The notes under the pieces were generated by a model. That model was not told the origin of the DNA. It searched no databases and worked only from the letters and a program-made list of their open reading frames with translations. A DNA stretch of 64,000 nt from Takakia lepidozioides (Eukaryota > Plantae > Bryophyta). A program made the position numbers and the translations under genes. This document shows, piece by piece, positions 40,101-51,400 of this stretch. The first letter of the stretch is position 1. Each line of letters starts with the position of its first letter. The stretch is from positions 82,646,001 through 82,710,000 of the forward strand of contig CM060732.1 in the NCBI GenBank assembly GCA_030704615.1, read 5' to 3'.

Positions 40101-42880
40101 CCTCCCACACACATGCTCCCTTCCCAGTACAGCAAGGACACTGTGCAGGGGACTGTTTAGGGTGACAGAAGATTATGAAGCTTTTCACTCTGTCCCCGAT
40201 CAGTTATTGGTCAAGGGGGTGATGTAATTCCCAAAGGTTCAGGACGTGGTTATATGATTTCTAGTCACAATTGCACTGCAATTAGACCGCGTTACCCCTT
40301 CACATTTGGTGTAGTCTAGTAGGTTGATGAAATCTGGAAGGTTCCCTGTGGAAGCTTTTGAGCCAGAAACCTTATCAATTGCATTTATGGAAGATAACAC
40401 CCAGGAGATAATTCATTTGAAGTCAATCTGATTTTCTTCTCAACTGGATATCTACCAAAAGACACTACTAAACAGTCAATAATCCTATTGGCTTCTTACC
40501 CGAGGATGATACATAAAGATATCTGAAAACTAGTGTGCATTTATTTGCTGGATGATATTAGCGGATATCCTCCAATCAGCCTGAATGGTTGCTATGACTG
40601 TCAACTTGTCAGAGCCTTTAGGGGCATGGCCCTACCCACACAAGAGGATTGTCATCCCTGCAGAACAATGAATCTCTTGCTCTAGCCTTATGCTTTTGCA
40701 AAGGAGGAAAGTAGGAAAGTAGGGGAAGGGATGGGCGGAGAGCAGGGTCCCTACTACTACCATTGCTAAAAGGGAAGAAGAAGGAAATGAAATGAAATGA
40801 AATGGTGCTTTATAACGTCCGCGGAAAGCTCGTAGAGCTTATGGGACAAAATGGAAGAAAACATGAGAGAGGAACAAATCCAGAAACCACAATTAATGTT
40901 CTAGCGATTGTTCTAGTGAAAGGAACTTACAACCTTCAAAGGAGAGGTGGCGAAGAAACTTTACTCAGTCCAGAGGAGGCACAAGGACAGATGAATCCAA
41001 GCATTATTCTAAAGGACATTCCCCTTTTGTTTTTCTCAGCATTATAAAGACCCTCGCATATACAATTCCTATGAAGGCATCCTTCTTCATCACATATATA
41101 ATGATTGATGGGTGGTCTGGCACGGCGGGTGAGATTCTTCGTTTCTTCCCCTTGCTCAGCTACTCTGTGAAGAACGCTTTCTTTATCAAAACGGAAGGAG
41201 ATAGGATGAAAGCAATGTCCCCAGGCACAATCAGTTTTTATACTGCCCTTCCCCAGTTGGAGCTCTACTTTTTGATGGGTCTGGTTTACTCAGTCATATC
41301 GCCTGTCATTCTACCTTTCATCGTCGTGTTCTTTTTGTTCGGTTTTGTGGTTTATCGCCATCAGGTTGACCCCTTTTCCCTATCAAGCACATATGTATAC
41401 ATGTAGATGGTTCTGTGTACTGATCTCAGTATTGAATGGAAACGTGTGACGCAGAGGTCAAAGCAGTGGGACAGAGTCCATTCTTGTAAACAACATAGTA
41501 GATTGAAACCTGAATAATCGTGGCATTGGGTTTGCTGGCATGCAGATTATCAACGTTTATGATGCGCAATATGAGAGTGGCGGTGCATTTTGGCCACATG
41601 TACATGGACGGATCATTGCGGCTATGATAATCGAGCAACTGACACTGATTGGCTTGTTCCTTATCCAGGGTCCCTTAACCATTTTGCAAATTGTATCAGA
41701 TGAAACCTCTTTGAGGGGAAAATTACTTCACTATGTGAAACAGGCCTTGAGTTCCACACCTATAATGGTTGCCTTGCCTATTCTGACCTTAGTCTTCCAT
41801 GTGTATTGCAAACATCGGTTTGAACCGGCGTTCAAGAAATTCCCCTTGGAGGTAAGACACTATTCAAATTTACAGTTTATGTATATGTGCAGAAGATAAT
41901 CTGTATTTTCCTCTATGCTAAATACATGTTTCCTCCAATATTTTCATCACAAACTGTGATGACGATCAAAATTATCCTTTTTAGCTGGTCTTTGCTCTAG
42001 CCAATTTAATAAGATGGTGGTTGATCCAGCATAAAGCCGAGTGCCATTTGATTCAGATCCTCTTATAAGAGGTGCTCTTATAACTGAGCCTTACATCTCA
42101 ACCCTTGCATTTCATCTTACATCACAAACTGTCTCACAAAGCTCCACTTCTATCGAGAGACATTCTTGGTGCTCCGTGACAATAGAATCTTGAGACCAAA
42201 TTACCTTTCAGCATCCTTATCTCCTTCCCTCCTGAGGACATTGGGGTGGTTCAGGGTGGGTTCCCACAACCTACGGATAGAGACTGGCAGATGGGAAAAC
42301 CTGCAACGGGAGGACCGCCTATGTCCAGCTTGCATAGGGCGCAGCCAGGAAATCGAAACTGAAGACCACTTCTTCTTCTACTGCCCCCTATACTACGAGA
42401 TCCGTGGGAGATTCCACTGTTTATTCAGTGGAACCCAAACTCTCACTGATGTCTTCCACTATGAGGATAAAAAATGCTTGGCAGCCTACCTGCACGAGGC
42501 CTTCACCCTTCGACATTCGCTAGAACATCAATTGTGGTTTCTGGACTTGTTCCTCTCTCATGTTTCCATTTTGTCCCACAAGCTCTATGAGCTTTCCACG
42601 GACATTATAAAGTACCATTTCATTTCATTTCATTTCATTTCTGTATGTCTGACAGGATGCCATGAGTAAAGATGTGTTGGAGAAACAGAAAGATCCCAAA
42701 TTGAATTTGGCAGTATTTCTCCGGAATGCATACAAGCACCCGGACTTCGCAGATGAGAGAGACGAGAGTGTGGCAGATTTGGAGGCTGACGCCAAAAGCC
42801 AATCCCCTAGAGACAACAAACCCCAGTCTCTCAGCCATAATGAGGACCAGTCCAAGTTACACGACTCACAATCGGTATGA
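28172..42880 (+). CDS. OSCA: OSCA/CSC1/ERD4-family calcium-permeable mechanosensitive channel (OSCA1-like)
   Basis: Exons about 28172-28500, 29071-29274, 30004-30139, 30756-30857, 31935-32054, 32314-32394, 33097-33437, 39717-39965, 41040-41364, 41546-41851, 42656-42880. Motifs QPVNDRVY, AGLDAAVYLRIY, AFVSFKSRWGAAVCAQTQQ, WLTEWAPEPRDVYW, KASFFITYIMIDGW, YESGGAFWPHVH. A further exon from 43000 is possible. Confidence 0.94.
30250..30595 (+). repeat. Intronic tandem duplication, two diverged ~170-180-bp units
   Basis: AGCATCTG..AATTCAGATTTGGGTCA..GAGTGAGCCATGGGAGAG occurs twice in tandem. Confidence 0.85.
30982..31050 (-). mobile_element. RTEX-like LINE 3'-end remnant
   Basis: Reverse complement of TTGTCCCATAGCTCTATGAGCTTTCCGCGGACGTTATAAAGCACCATTTCATTTC. 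Confidence 0.85.
31533..31605 (-). pseudogene. Short degenerate large-subunit rRNA fragment
   Basis: CTGCGTTATCTTTTAACAGA..CAAACTCCCCACCT resembles the reverse complement of a conserved 25S/28S segment, from recall. Confidence 0.55.
33531..35000 (+). mobile_element. Stack of degenerate 5'-truncated RTEX-like LINE copies
   Basis: Three or four 3' tails (33531-33634, about 34490-34552, about 34670-34720) plus degraded ORF2 pieces (YGCEFWAPG; FRVGLHSLWIEPGR..DRLCLPC). Confidence 0.8.
35001..37256 (+). mobile_element. 5'-truncated non-LTR retrotransposon (RTEX-like): RT plus C-terminal CCHC, repeated 3' end with (ATTTC)n
   Basis: NYRTIM, QAGFR, FVDIHKAFDSV, GVKQGCPLSPTLF, LYADD, YRYLG; C-terminus [30 protein letters not shown]; a few frameshifts. 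Clade call is inferred. Confidence 0.9.
37482..37926 (-). mobile_element. Isolated internal fragment (gag 3' end to protease start) of the chromovirus at 1-12953, with a 58-bp tandem duplication
   Basis: Near-identical to about 10962-11347; no LTR sequence nearby. Confidence 0.92.
38560..39250 (+). mobile_element. Degenerate RTEX-like LINE 3' fragment
   Basis: TKLQFYWETFLVLRDNRILQP, ESGEHFFFHC and tail CCCATAAGCTCTTTGGCTT..ATTTC. Confidence 0.8.
40786..40890 (-). mobile_element. RTEX-like LINE 3'-end remnant
   Basis: (GAAAT)n followed by GGTGCTTTATAACGTCCGCGGAAAGCTCGTAGAGCTTATGGGACAA. Confidence 0.85.
42130..42641 (+). mobile_element. 5'-truncated RTEX-like LINE copy
   Basis: ORF 42166-42669 is nearly identical to the 36590-36957 C-terminus; (CATTT)n tail. 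Confidence 0.9.
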
Positions 42881-43289
42881 CTCACAACCGGTATGTATGA
42901 AGCATTAAATCCGCATGTGTTTGCTTTTCCTTGTCCAGCCTACAGAGATGACGACTGGGCACAGATTCTGCTTACTAACATAGCGGCCGGTGATGGCAGG
43001 TTGGCCTGAACTCTCTGTTCTGCACTTCAATGGTAGAACCCTCCTTGAAGCCTATAGCCAACCCTGACCCACCACTACCAATATCTTCTGTTTCTGTTCC
43101 AAGTACATCCAAGGCCTCTACAGCCCCTGACCCCTCACAAGCTAGTGAGTCTATGGGTGTCCAGGGTGTTTTGCCAACTTCCTCTCCCCATCCCATCCCT
43201 GATGCTACAGCCCATCGAAACAATGCCCACTCCCCATGATGCAAATGCCACCCTTGAAGTTATACAGCTGATCGAGACAAAGCCCACCC

Positions 43290-43630
43290 CCTATTTTACA
43301 AATCCCATCACTGATGTGCCACCCATCCAGCCAAAGCCTACTCCCCAGTCTTCAAGTCCCATCACTGATGTGCCTCCCATCCAGCCAAAGCCCACTCCCC
43401 AGTCTTCAATTCCCATCACTGATGATGTGCCTCCCATCCAGCCAAAGCCCACTCCCCAGTCTTCAATTCCCATCACTGATGATGTGCCTCCCATTCAGCC
43501 AAAGCCCACTCCTCATTATCCTAGTCCTCTCCATGTTGTGCACCCCATTCCACCAAAACACACTCCCCATTATGCAACTCCCATCCATGATGTCGTACAA
43601 CCCAGTCAGCCAAAGCCCATTCCTCATCAT
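43290..43630 (+). repeat. Coding-like tandem repeat, 51-54-bp unit (PITD(D)VPPIQPKPTPQSS)
   Basis: Four near-perfect units plus degenerate ones; indels are multiples of 3. Confidence 0.9.
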
Positions 43631-43703
43631 GCGAGTCGCCTCAACAAGCTTCGATAGTTCTTGGAGTGGGCTTCATCACTTCAGGTATGCAGCTCTCTTC
43701 ACA

Positions 43704-43837
43704 TGCTAATACCCTGTAGGCTGAGGAGCAAAAGGAGGAATCCGCCCAAGGAGGGGCCTGCATCTGATTAGCTAGTTGGCGAGGCAATGGCTTCCCAAGG
43801 CCACAATCAGTAGTTGGACAGAGTCTGATCAGCCACA
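43704..43837 (+). pseudogene. rrn16: Plastid 16S rRNA fragment (NUPT)
   Basis: TGCTAATACCCTGTAGGCTGAGGAGCAAAAGGAGGAATCCGCCC..TCTGATTAGCTAGTTGG..TGATCAGCCACA matches chloroplast 16S from recall. Confidence 0.9.
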
Positions 43838-44854
43838 TGATTCTTATAAAGAAGGCACAACTGCTGCAATTACACTTCGAAATCACCTTAATCACAATCA
43901 GCTAAATGTATGACCCATATGAAGAACAATGCTTCAGTGAATAACACACGAACCTCAAACATGATTTCTCCAAAGTATGCCTGCTCTAGCACCAAAATGC
44001 ATGTTGGATATCTTATCATGGGTTGCCTGATATCTTAAGTATCACTATCAAGGGAGCCTGTCTCGGGCCATATCCGATTGGCCTTGCATTTTGCATCATT
44101 TCCATCGTTTTCCAGAGCTACTCGGGCAACTTGATGTAAAACTTATGTTTGGGGCAAAATTTGTATTTTAACTTTCGCATGGTGAATCAGGGAGTTGCTA
44201 GATGTGTATGCGTAGGTTGACAATTTGTGGCTGGTTTACTACAGATGCCAAGCACCTCATTTCTGGGGGCTTGCAGAGAGGATATGATAGTTGGATAGGC
44301 AGGTCCAGGTAAGGATCGTGATATGGAGCTCGAGGATAACACTATGGAGCTGTCTTTGTTGTGTACCATATCCCTGAGAACCCAGGCATCCAATCTGGAT
44401 GATCTACCTCTCTAAATAGGGCATGGTTGTGCAATTGTTCTCTTTGGCAGTAAATTTGCATGTGAATTGGGATTGCAAGCGAGCTTGTTGTGGCCCAGAT
44501 TTTGGAGGATTCAGTCTGCACTGTGCATAACAAGGAACAACCTCTGATCTGGGCACAACCAAGATCGCAATGTAGCAACCTTGTGCATTTCCTTTTACAA
44601 TTGCATGGACTGAAAAAAGATAGTGACACACATACACATGCTACGGCATCAGCCCGGATCTACTGAAAGCTAAGATTGTAATTGGACTGCTGCAAATTCT
44701 TGAAGTACTGCAAATAGCAGGATCGGTATGTGACAAGACAATAACAGCTCAAATCCCGTCAACAACCCCCCCCCCCAAGTTTGTAGTATTATGGTAGTGC
44801 ACATAACAATGCATACAGCAAGGTCACAAAGATCCAAATTTGAAGAGCAGTTTA

Positions 44855-45956
44855 CTAGTGGTTGGACAGCCAGTGGCTCTTCTCTTTGCATTTTTTGGCA
44901 AGCAGCTGTGAAGGCTGGCCAAATTCAGACATGGGGCTCACTGTAATATCGCACCTCACATGGACTCTGAAATGGTGAGTGATGTATTTTAGAATGTTAA
45001 CACGAGTGAGAGCGTGAATGTTAATCTCCAAGTCCACACTGCGGTCCCCGATGTCTGTCAGCATTTGTGTTCCTGTCTTATGGCTTACCGGGCGGTTGTG
45101 AGCCTCTATTCTCGTGTGAAGGAGATCGGTCTTGCTCTTGCCTTGGAAGAAGGGACCCACCCAATCCTCCCCAACCACATCTCCATCGTAGGAGACCAGC
45201 ACCTGAAGCACAAGACCTTGAGTTGGCTACTGGCTTTTGCTGGGACTGCAAAACTGTAATTCATGTACATGTATCCAAGGTTTTCTCCTGGAAGAAACTA
45301 GGAAGGAGGAAGGACAACAGTGGCATCGCAAGCCATTGGACTCGTTGATAAGAATCACCAGACCTGTAAGCCTATATGTTGCAAGGTACAGAGCCCATAT
45401 TAAGCTCAACATGGCTGGAAACTTGAAAGTAATCAAACGTGGTCAGAAGGGTCCTGACCTGAACATAGTCATAGAAAGTCCCAATGTGCTTGATCTGGTT
45501 ACGCGCGCTCACCGTCACCACTATCACAGCAGTAAGTGTTGGACTAGATGTACTACCATTCCTGCCAATTGAAGAATCACTAGAGGTTGAGCCATTTGCA
45601 ATAGAAGCATATGGGCCTAAACTTGTGCTCGAGAAATTGCTCAAGGTTACGCTGAAAATGTCACACTTTGGGGCGCGGGGATGAATAACCACAAACTCCA
45701 CCAATACTGCAAGACCCACGCAGAAAAACAGGAGGAGGGAGGCCTCCATAGCACATATAAGGCAGCTCCTGATGGCCTTCAACTTACAAATATTCTGGCG
45801 TGCCAATCCAGATTCCCGTGTTTCGTATGTTGTCGAGCGATTTCCAGGAATCATGAGAAGCGGCCCTGAGAAAGCCACTTCTGAGGCATCTGCATTGATA
45901 CTCACAGGACGGTCCTCTTGGATGGGGGCAAGTTGTCCCCCCTCAGCAGCGGCCAT
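44855..45956 (-). CDS. LEA_2 / NDR1-HIN1-like membrane protein
   Basis: Exons 45956-45459 and 45202-44855. Single TM segment followed by HPRAPK; splicing gives ARNQIKHIGTFYDYVQVLVSYDG..GPFFQG; ends VRCDITV..KKC. Confidence 0.82.
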
Positions 45957-48409
45957 GACTCACTCGCAGAGAGGTGAGGGCCGTAACCTGTAGAATCCTT
46001 AACCAACCTGAATGTGTTTCAATTCCCCCGCCTTTCCCTAAACGAGTTCGTATAGCTAGAAATCTACTGTGACAACTGTAGATGAGGTGTCGTCTGTTGT
46101 TGTATGGAAAGCTGCGACTGGGAATTAGAGAACAAATTTTAGCCCTGCCATGCTGGGAAGCGGCATAACATCCTAGACTCTAAAGCGAAGGATTATAGGT
46201 TCCCCTGAGTAAGATATTGTGACGTAGCTGACTGATCTTCAAGATTTACTTTCGTTTGAGCATCTTGGGCTGTCTACTTGAACTTGCACCCTGGCTTCTT
46301 CCTACCATGAGAATGGATAGATTCAGATGTCGAAGGTGCTACTGCACACAAACTCCCCTAGTTTGTGTCTGTTTCCATTTTCTTCTACCGGCGGGACACA
46401 ATCTGGAGACAATCTGTAGTCAAATCAAGCACAGAAATAGATAGAGATTGAAATGAGTTCAGACTTATAGTTCCTCCAAAAAAGGAACAGCTGAAGGAAT
46501 TAATTCAGAGCTGCAGTATGTACTAAAATCCACCTTGAAACGGAAGAGACCACACGGAAGAACACAAACTTGATGTAACAGTAAGAACGGAGGAGAACCG
46601 TTGCCATACACTATTAATGAGATTATAGGTATATGTGTCGAGGACAACTTTTAGAGGTAAACGAAACTTGAGCTTGGCCTTCAAGTTTCATACAGCCTCG
46701 ATGGCAAAGGTACACTATATCCAGCATCAAGGACTGCAGAACCCACACCCCGAACAGATAGTGCGTGGTTGCATGAGGATGCGAGTATTAGCAGCAGACC
46801 TGTACACATTGTCAACCTTACAGTAGTCTAATTTCAACTTGGCACAGAATGATCTCGTAACGAATATGGATACAACATGCACACAATCCCTGAAGAAATC
46901 GAGAAGTTTTAGTACACGACAAGTTTTGATAATAACTATAGCGTTTGAAGGTGTGATGCTCCATGGTACCCAGGCTCAACGGCTGGATCTATCTTAGTGC
47001 AATCAAAATACATATAAGTCCAGAAGAAGTAACCAGCAGAAACGATCAAAGGCTGGGTTCAGCAATAGTCCTCTAAGCAGGAGCAGGTGTAAGTCCATGA
47101 ATTGGTACACCACGGCAACTGGGTCGGCATTCTAGTTCAGCTAACCATCGTTGTACTCGATATTCCCATCACCTAGACTGAGATATATTGATCGTCAAAG
47201 GTGGCCAAAACAACAGAAATCAAACTGACTTGGATTGGCAGGTCACCGAGGTCAGCTTCGAAATCTACTGGGTACTGGACACGAATGCATCTGTGGCGGG
47301 TTCGTGGGCCTCGTGGGGACGGGGTAGGTGGGCAAGGCCATACATGCCTTGCTGTGTGTGTCAGTCCTGCATAGCTCACCGCCTGGTGCAAGTGCTTTGT
47401 ATCCTCCTATCAACTATATAGTCATAGTGACTTCAAGCTTGCTTCCTCGTGGTAAACTCAGAGAATAAGTGAGATATCTTGTGATCCCGGCTCCACCCAC
47501 CTTGGTTAGCCAGCACACGCACCGTTATTGAAAGATCATTGTTCTCAAGTGCTCTTAGAGAAAGTACACAATAACAACACTATGCGAGCAAAATACCAAC
47601 CTCGAGGAACTCTGAACTTTGGACACAATGGACTTAGAAGTTTTCAGTGATACCTCTCCATTGAATCTAGCATCTATCTGCCCATAAACCCCCATCTACC
47701 ATTCTTCATACCAGTGTCATAAAAAGCAAGTAACAGATCCAACTGATTGGCAATGTCATCGCCCTAAACTATGGTATACGCTGATGTTCGATCCACGGCA
47801 CAAAAACCTATTTGCATAAAAGGAACATACAAAAAACAATGGTGCACCTGTCAGGTATGACTGGTGTCTCAAGTTTGGCAGATGGTGGCATTCACATGTA
47901 CAGAAGTTACCCACCTCGAAAGCGCATCCAGTGCATTGAATGCAATGTTTGCCAAATCATGGAGTTGGTATCCACCTCCATGAACTAATATAAAGCTCAA
48001 CATCAATAAATGCATGCATCCTACTCACTTCAAAAAATGGAATTTAAGTAATGGCTTCCCAACTTCTGGTAAATCAATGTGATCGGACCCATGAAGGCCC
48101 ATGTGGTCGTGAAGAATTGCAAATCCCTGAGACAGTTAGAGAGAAAGATTTAGCCATGCACCCTCCTTGATACCTTGTGATATCCTATCTGTTGGAGATC
48201 CTGGAACCGCTTTCTTGAAGAAAGATGGCTCATCCAGGTACAGCAATATGTGGTTATAAAATACACCACTTGTGGAAGGCTTTGAAGGGCGTAACATGCA
48301 GTAGAAAAAGTCACTTGTTTCCAGCCAAAGCAATTATGGCAAGGCCAATTCCTTTCTGGCTTCCCAGGATTTAAGAATTGGTCTGAATGCAGCAGAGATT
48401 GCAGACAGC

Positions 48410-51400
48410 TTAGTACTCTGTCTCCAGAAGTCCATCAATCAATCCAAATTCCATTGCCTGCAAACAAATGCCAAGTACACCAGCGACCAATTTATGGGCT
48501 TTTTCTCATTTCTAACTGTCTAACCAGGTGCACCATATCCTTAATGTACTTCAAACTTGACACTGGAACCTCTATTTAACTCTCTTCACCTTCCTGCCTC
48601 ACCTTCTGTTGTGGAGCATATAGAGTAAACCTCAAACTGCCAATGACATGTCACTGACGGTAAGAGTACTATGGAAGTTCCAAACTGGGAATGTCTGGCT
48701 AGCCAAGTTGTATCTAGAGTGCCACAAGTCTATGCAATATGCCTAAGGCCAAAACCTTAACAGTTCTCAGTCTAGGGTAGTTAGTTCAAGCATAAGATCC
48801 CGCAGGGTTCTCGCTGCAAGGCAATATCCCTTTAGCAAACCATAACCACTCTCCCTCCCTCCCCACACAAAGCAAAGAATGAATCTGACAAACCTCAGCA
48901 GCAGAAAAGAACCGATCGCGATCAGTAAATTTCTGCACCCTCTCCAAGGGCTGGCCTGTAAAGGCAGAGTACATCTTGTCTAACTTCTGCACAAGCACAC
49001 AATAATCTTTCTTTAGCATAGCACTTTGATGTTCAAAAGTAAGATTGAAAGTTCGAGCATGTCAAAAGGAGGATGCATTTAGTGCTTGTTGCCTCTTGCC
49101 ATAACGAAAGCTCAAAGTGATGTCCCTGCAGGATAACTAAACTTTTGACAATCATGGAGTTTCCAGGCACCAGGATATGAAAGTCCGGCCAACTTCCACA
49201 TAGGGCTCCAGCACAGCCAACATTGTTCTGATTACAGGAGTTTGACTGTTGATTAAGGGGCTAGTATTAACAACAGACTTGAAACCACTGTAGTGATACA
49301 CCCACAAGACAACAATGGGCTGTGTGTACAAAACACGGGTAGGGAGAGAAATGAAATGAAATTATAACGTCCGCAGAAAGCTCATAGAGCTTATGGGACA
49401 AAATGGAAGAAAACATGAGAGAGGAAACAAAACCAGAGCCAAGAATAAGAACTATTGCTCAAGTGATTGTCGAAGGGTGAAGGCCTCGTGCAGGTAAGCT
49501 GCCAAGCATTTCTGATCCTCATAGTGGAAGACTTCAGTGAGAGATTGGGTTCCGCGGAATAAACAGTGGAATCTCCCACGGATCTTGTAGTATAGAGGGC
49601 AATAGAAGAAGTGTTCTTCAGTTTCAATTTCCCGGCTGCGCCCTGTGCAGGCTGGACATAGGCGGTCCTCCCGTTGCAGGTTTTCCCATCTGCCAGTCTC
49701 TATCCGTAGGTTGTGGGCACCCACCCTCAACCGCCCCAGTGCCCCAGGAGGGAAGGAGATAAAGATCGGTATTGGGCCGCAAGATTCTATCATCTCGGAG
49801 CACCAAGAATGCCTCTCGATAGAAGTGGAGCTTTGGCGTGAGATTGGGTAGCTTCCAAGTTCTCTTGACATGTAGTTCCATAAGCTCCCTTCTGATGAGT
49901 CTGTTGCGGCCCTGTCTCTGTGAGAGAGAAAGAACTCAACTATGTCTGTAGAGAGTGGGAGAGAGAGAGAGAAAGAATGTACTGATGAGACGTTGCTTGC
50001 CGTAGCCTTGCGGCCATAGACCCCGCACCCAGTTTGGGTGGAACAAGAGGGAACAGAAACTACCTTTGTGCGAGGCTCACTCCAGTAGTGGTACTTACCT
50101 TGGTATAAATAATTGGTTCGGGCTTTCTAGATTTCCTCTAGACACAAGCATCAATCTGCTGTGCCCAGAAATTAGACCCCACAAGAGCCAGGGCTTAACG
50201 CTTGGCCTCAAGTTTTTGAAAGTTGGTGAACAGAGGTAGGGACTCTGTTCCTGCTGGTCCAGAAGAGAGGGTTGCTCTCTGATGAGAATATCCCAGACAT
50301 TGTATCAGGAAATGGATATTGTCCTCAGGCGGTCCACACATCAGGTATTGACAATCTCCCTTTCCTCTCTGCATCTGTTTTTGTTCAAAGGTAGACTCCC
50401 CCCACCTTGAGTTTAAGTTTCAGTCTAGTGCTGAGGGTAGGTAGGACCTTCAGATCCCAGAGAGAGAGATTGTACTCATAAGACGTTGTTTGCCGTAGCC
50501 TTGTGGCCATTGACCCCGCGCCCAGTTTGAGCGGGAAACTCCCAGAGAGAGAGAGAGAGATTGTACTCATAAGACGTTGTTTGCCGTAGCCTAGAGAGAG
50601 AGAGAGAGAGAGAGAGAATAGAAACTTCATCCTCCTTGCACCTTGATTACATAGCCTTGTGGCCATAGGCCCAGCCCTGGGGGACCAAGAGAGGTGGAAA
50701 GCAACAGAAAGAGAGGAGACAATGTATTCAGTGACCTTTTGCTATGACGTACCCTTGAGGGTATAAACTGCACTAACAGCTGCTTGTCGAGTATTAAACA
50801 AAAGAAAGAATGGGGAAACAGAGAACACAGAGACGTACATCCCGGGAGGTCATGACTTCATTCACTTGGCGCCTCACATCATCCACCGTCCCCTGAGTGG
50901 GCACCAAACACCACCCACTTTTGGTTATCAACTATGGACTCTTACAAAATAGCTCATAAATAATGGAGTCTCAAACAGGACTTGATGTTGAAAAAGGGGA
51001 ATTTGCCCTCAGAACAATATACTGTACAAAAACCCCAGCACAGTCCACTTGCTTTCCATCTGCAATAGTAGAAAGAAACCTGGAGAATATATACTTCACT
51101 GCAAAACTTGCCTCTGCACAGAGAGAAGGGAGAATGGACTCTAGATGATGTAGATAGAAAAAGTACCAAAACCCTCGAGGCCAAGACCCTGCCCCAGTTT
51201 AGTTTGAACAGGGTGCAGGGAGGGAAAGTGAGAAAATTAGAGCAAGAATGTGGAGACAAATATTTGGAAAGGAGTACACTAGGAGAGTGTAAGAAGGAAA
51301 CATGACCTAAATGAAGAAATATGAGTACTTGTGCAAAACTCCAGAATGACGATCCTCTCAAACTACCTTTGAAGCAAAGCTGGCCATGGCATTATGGCCC

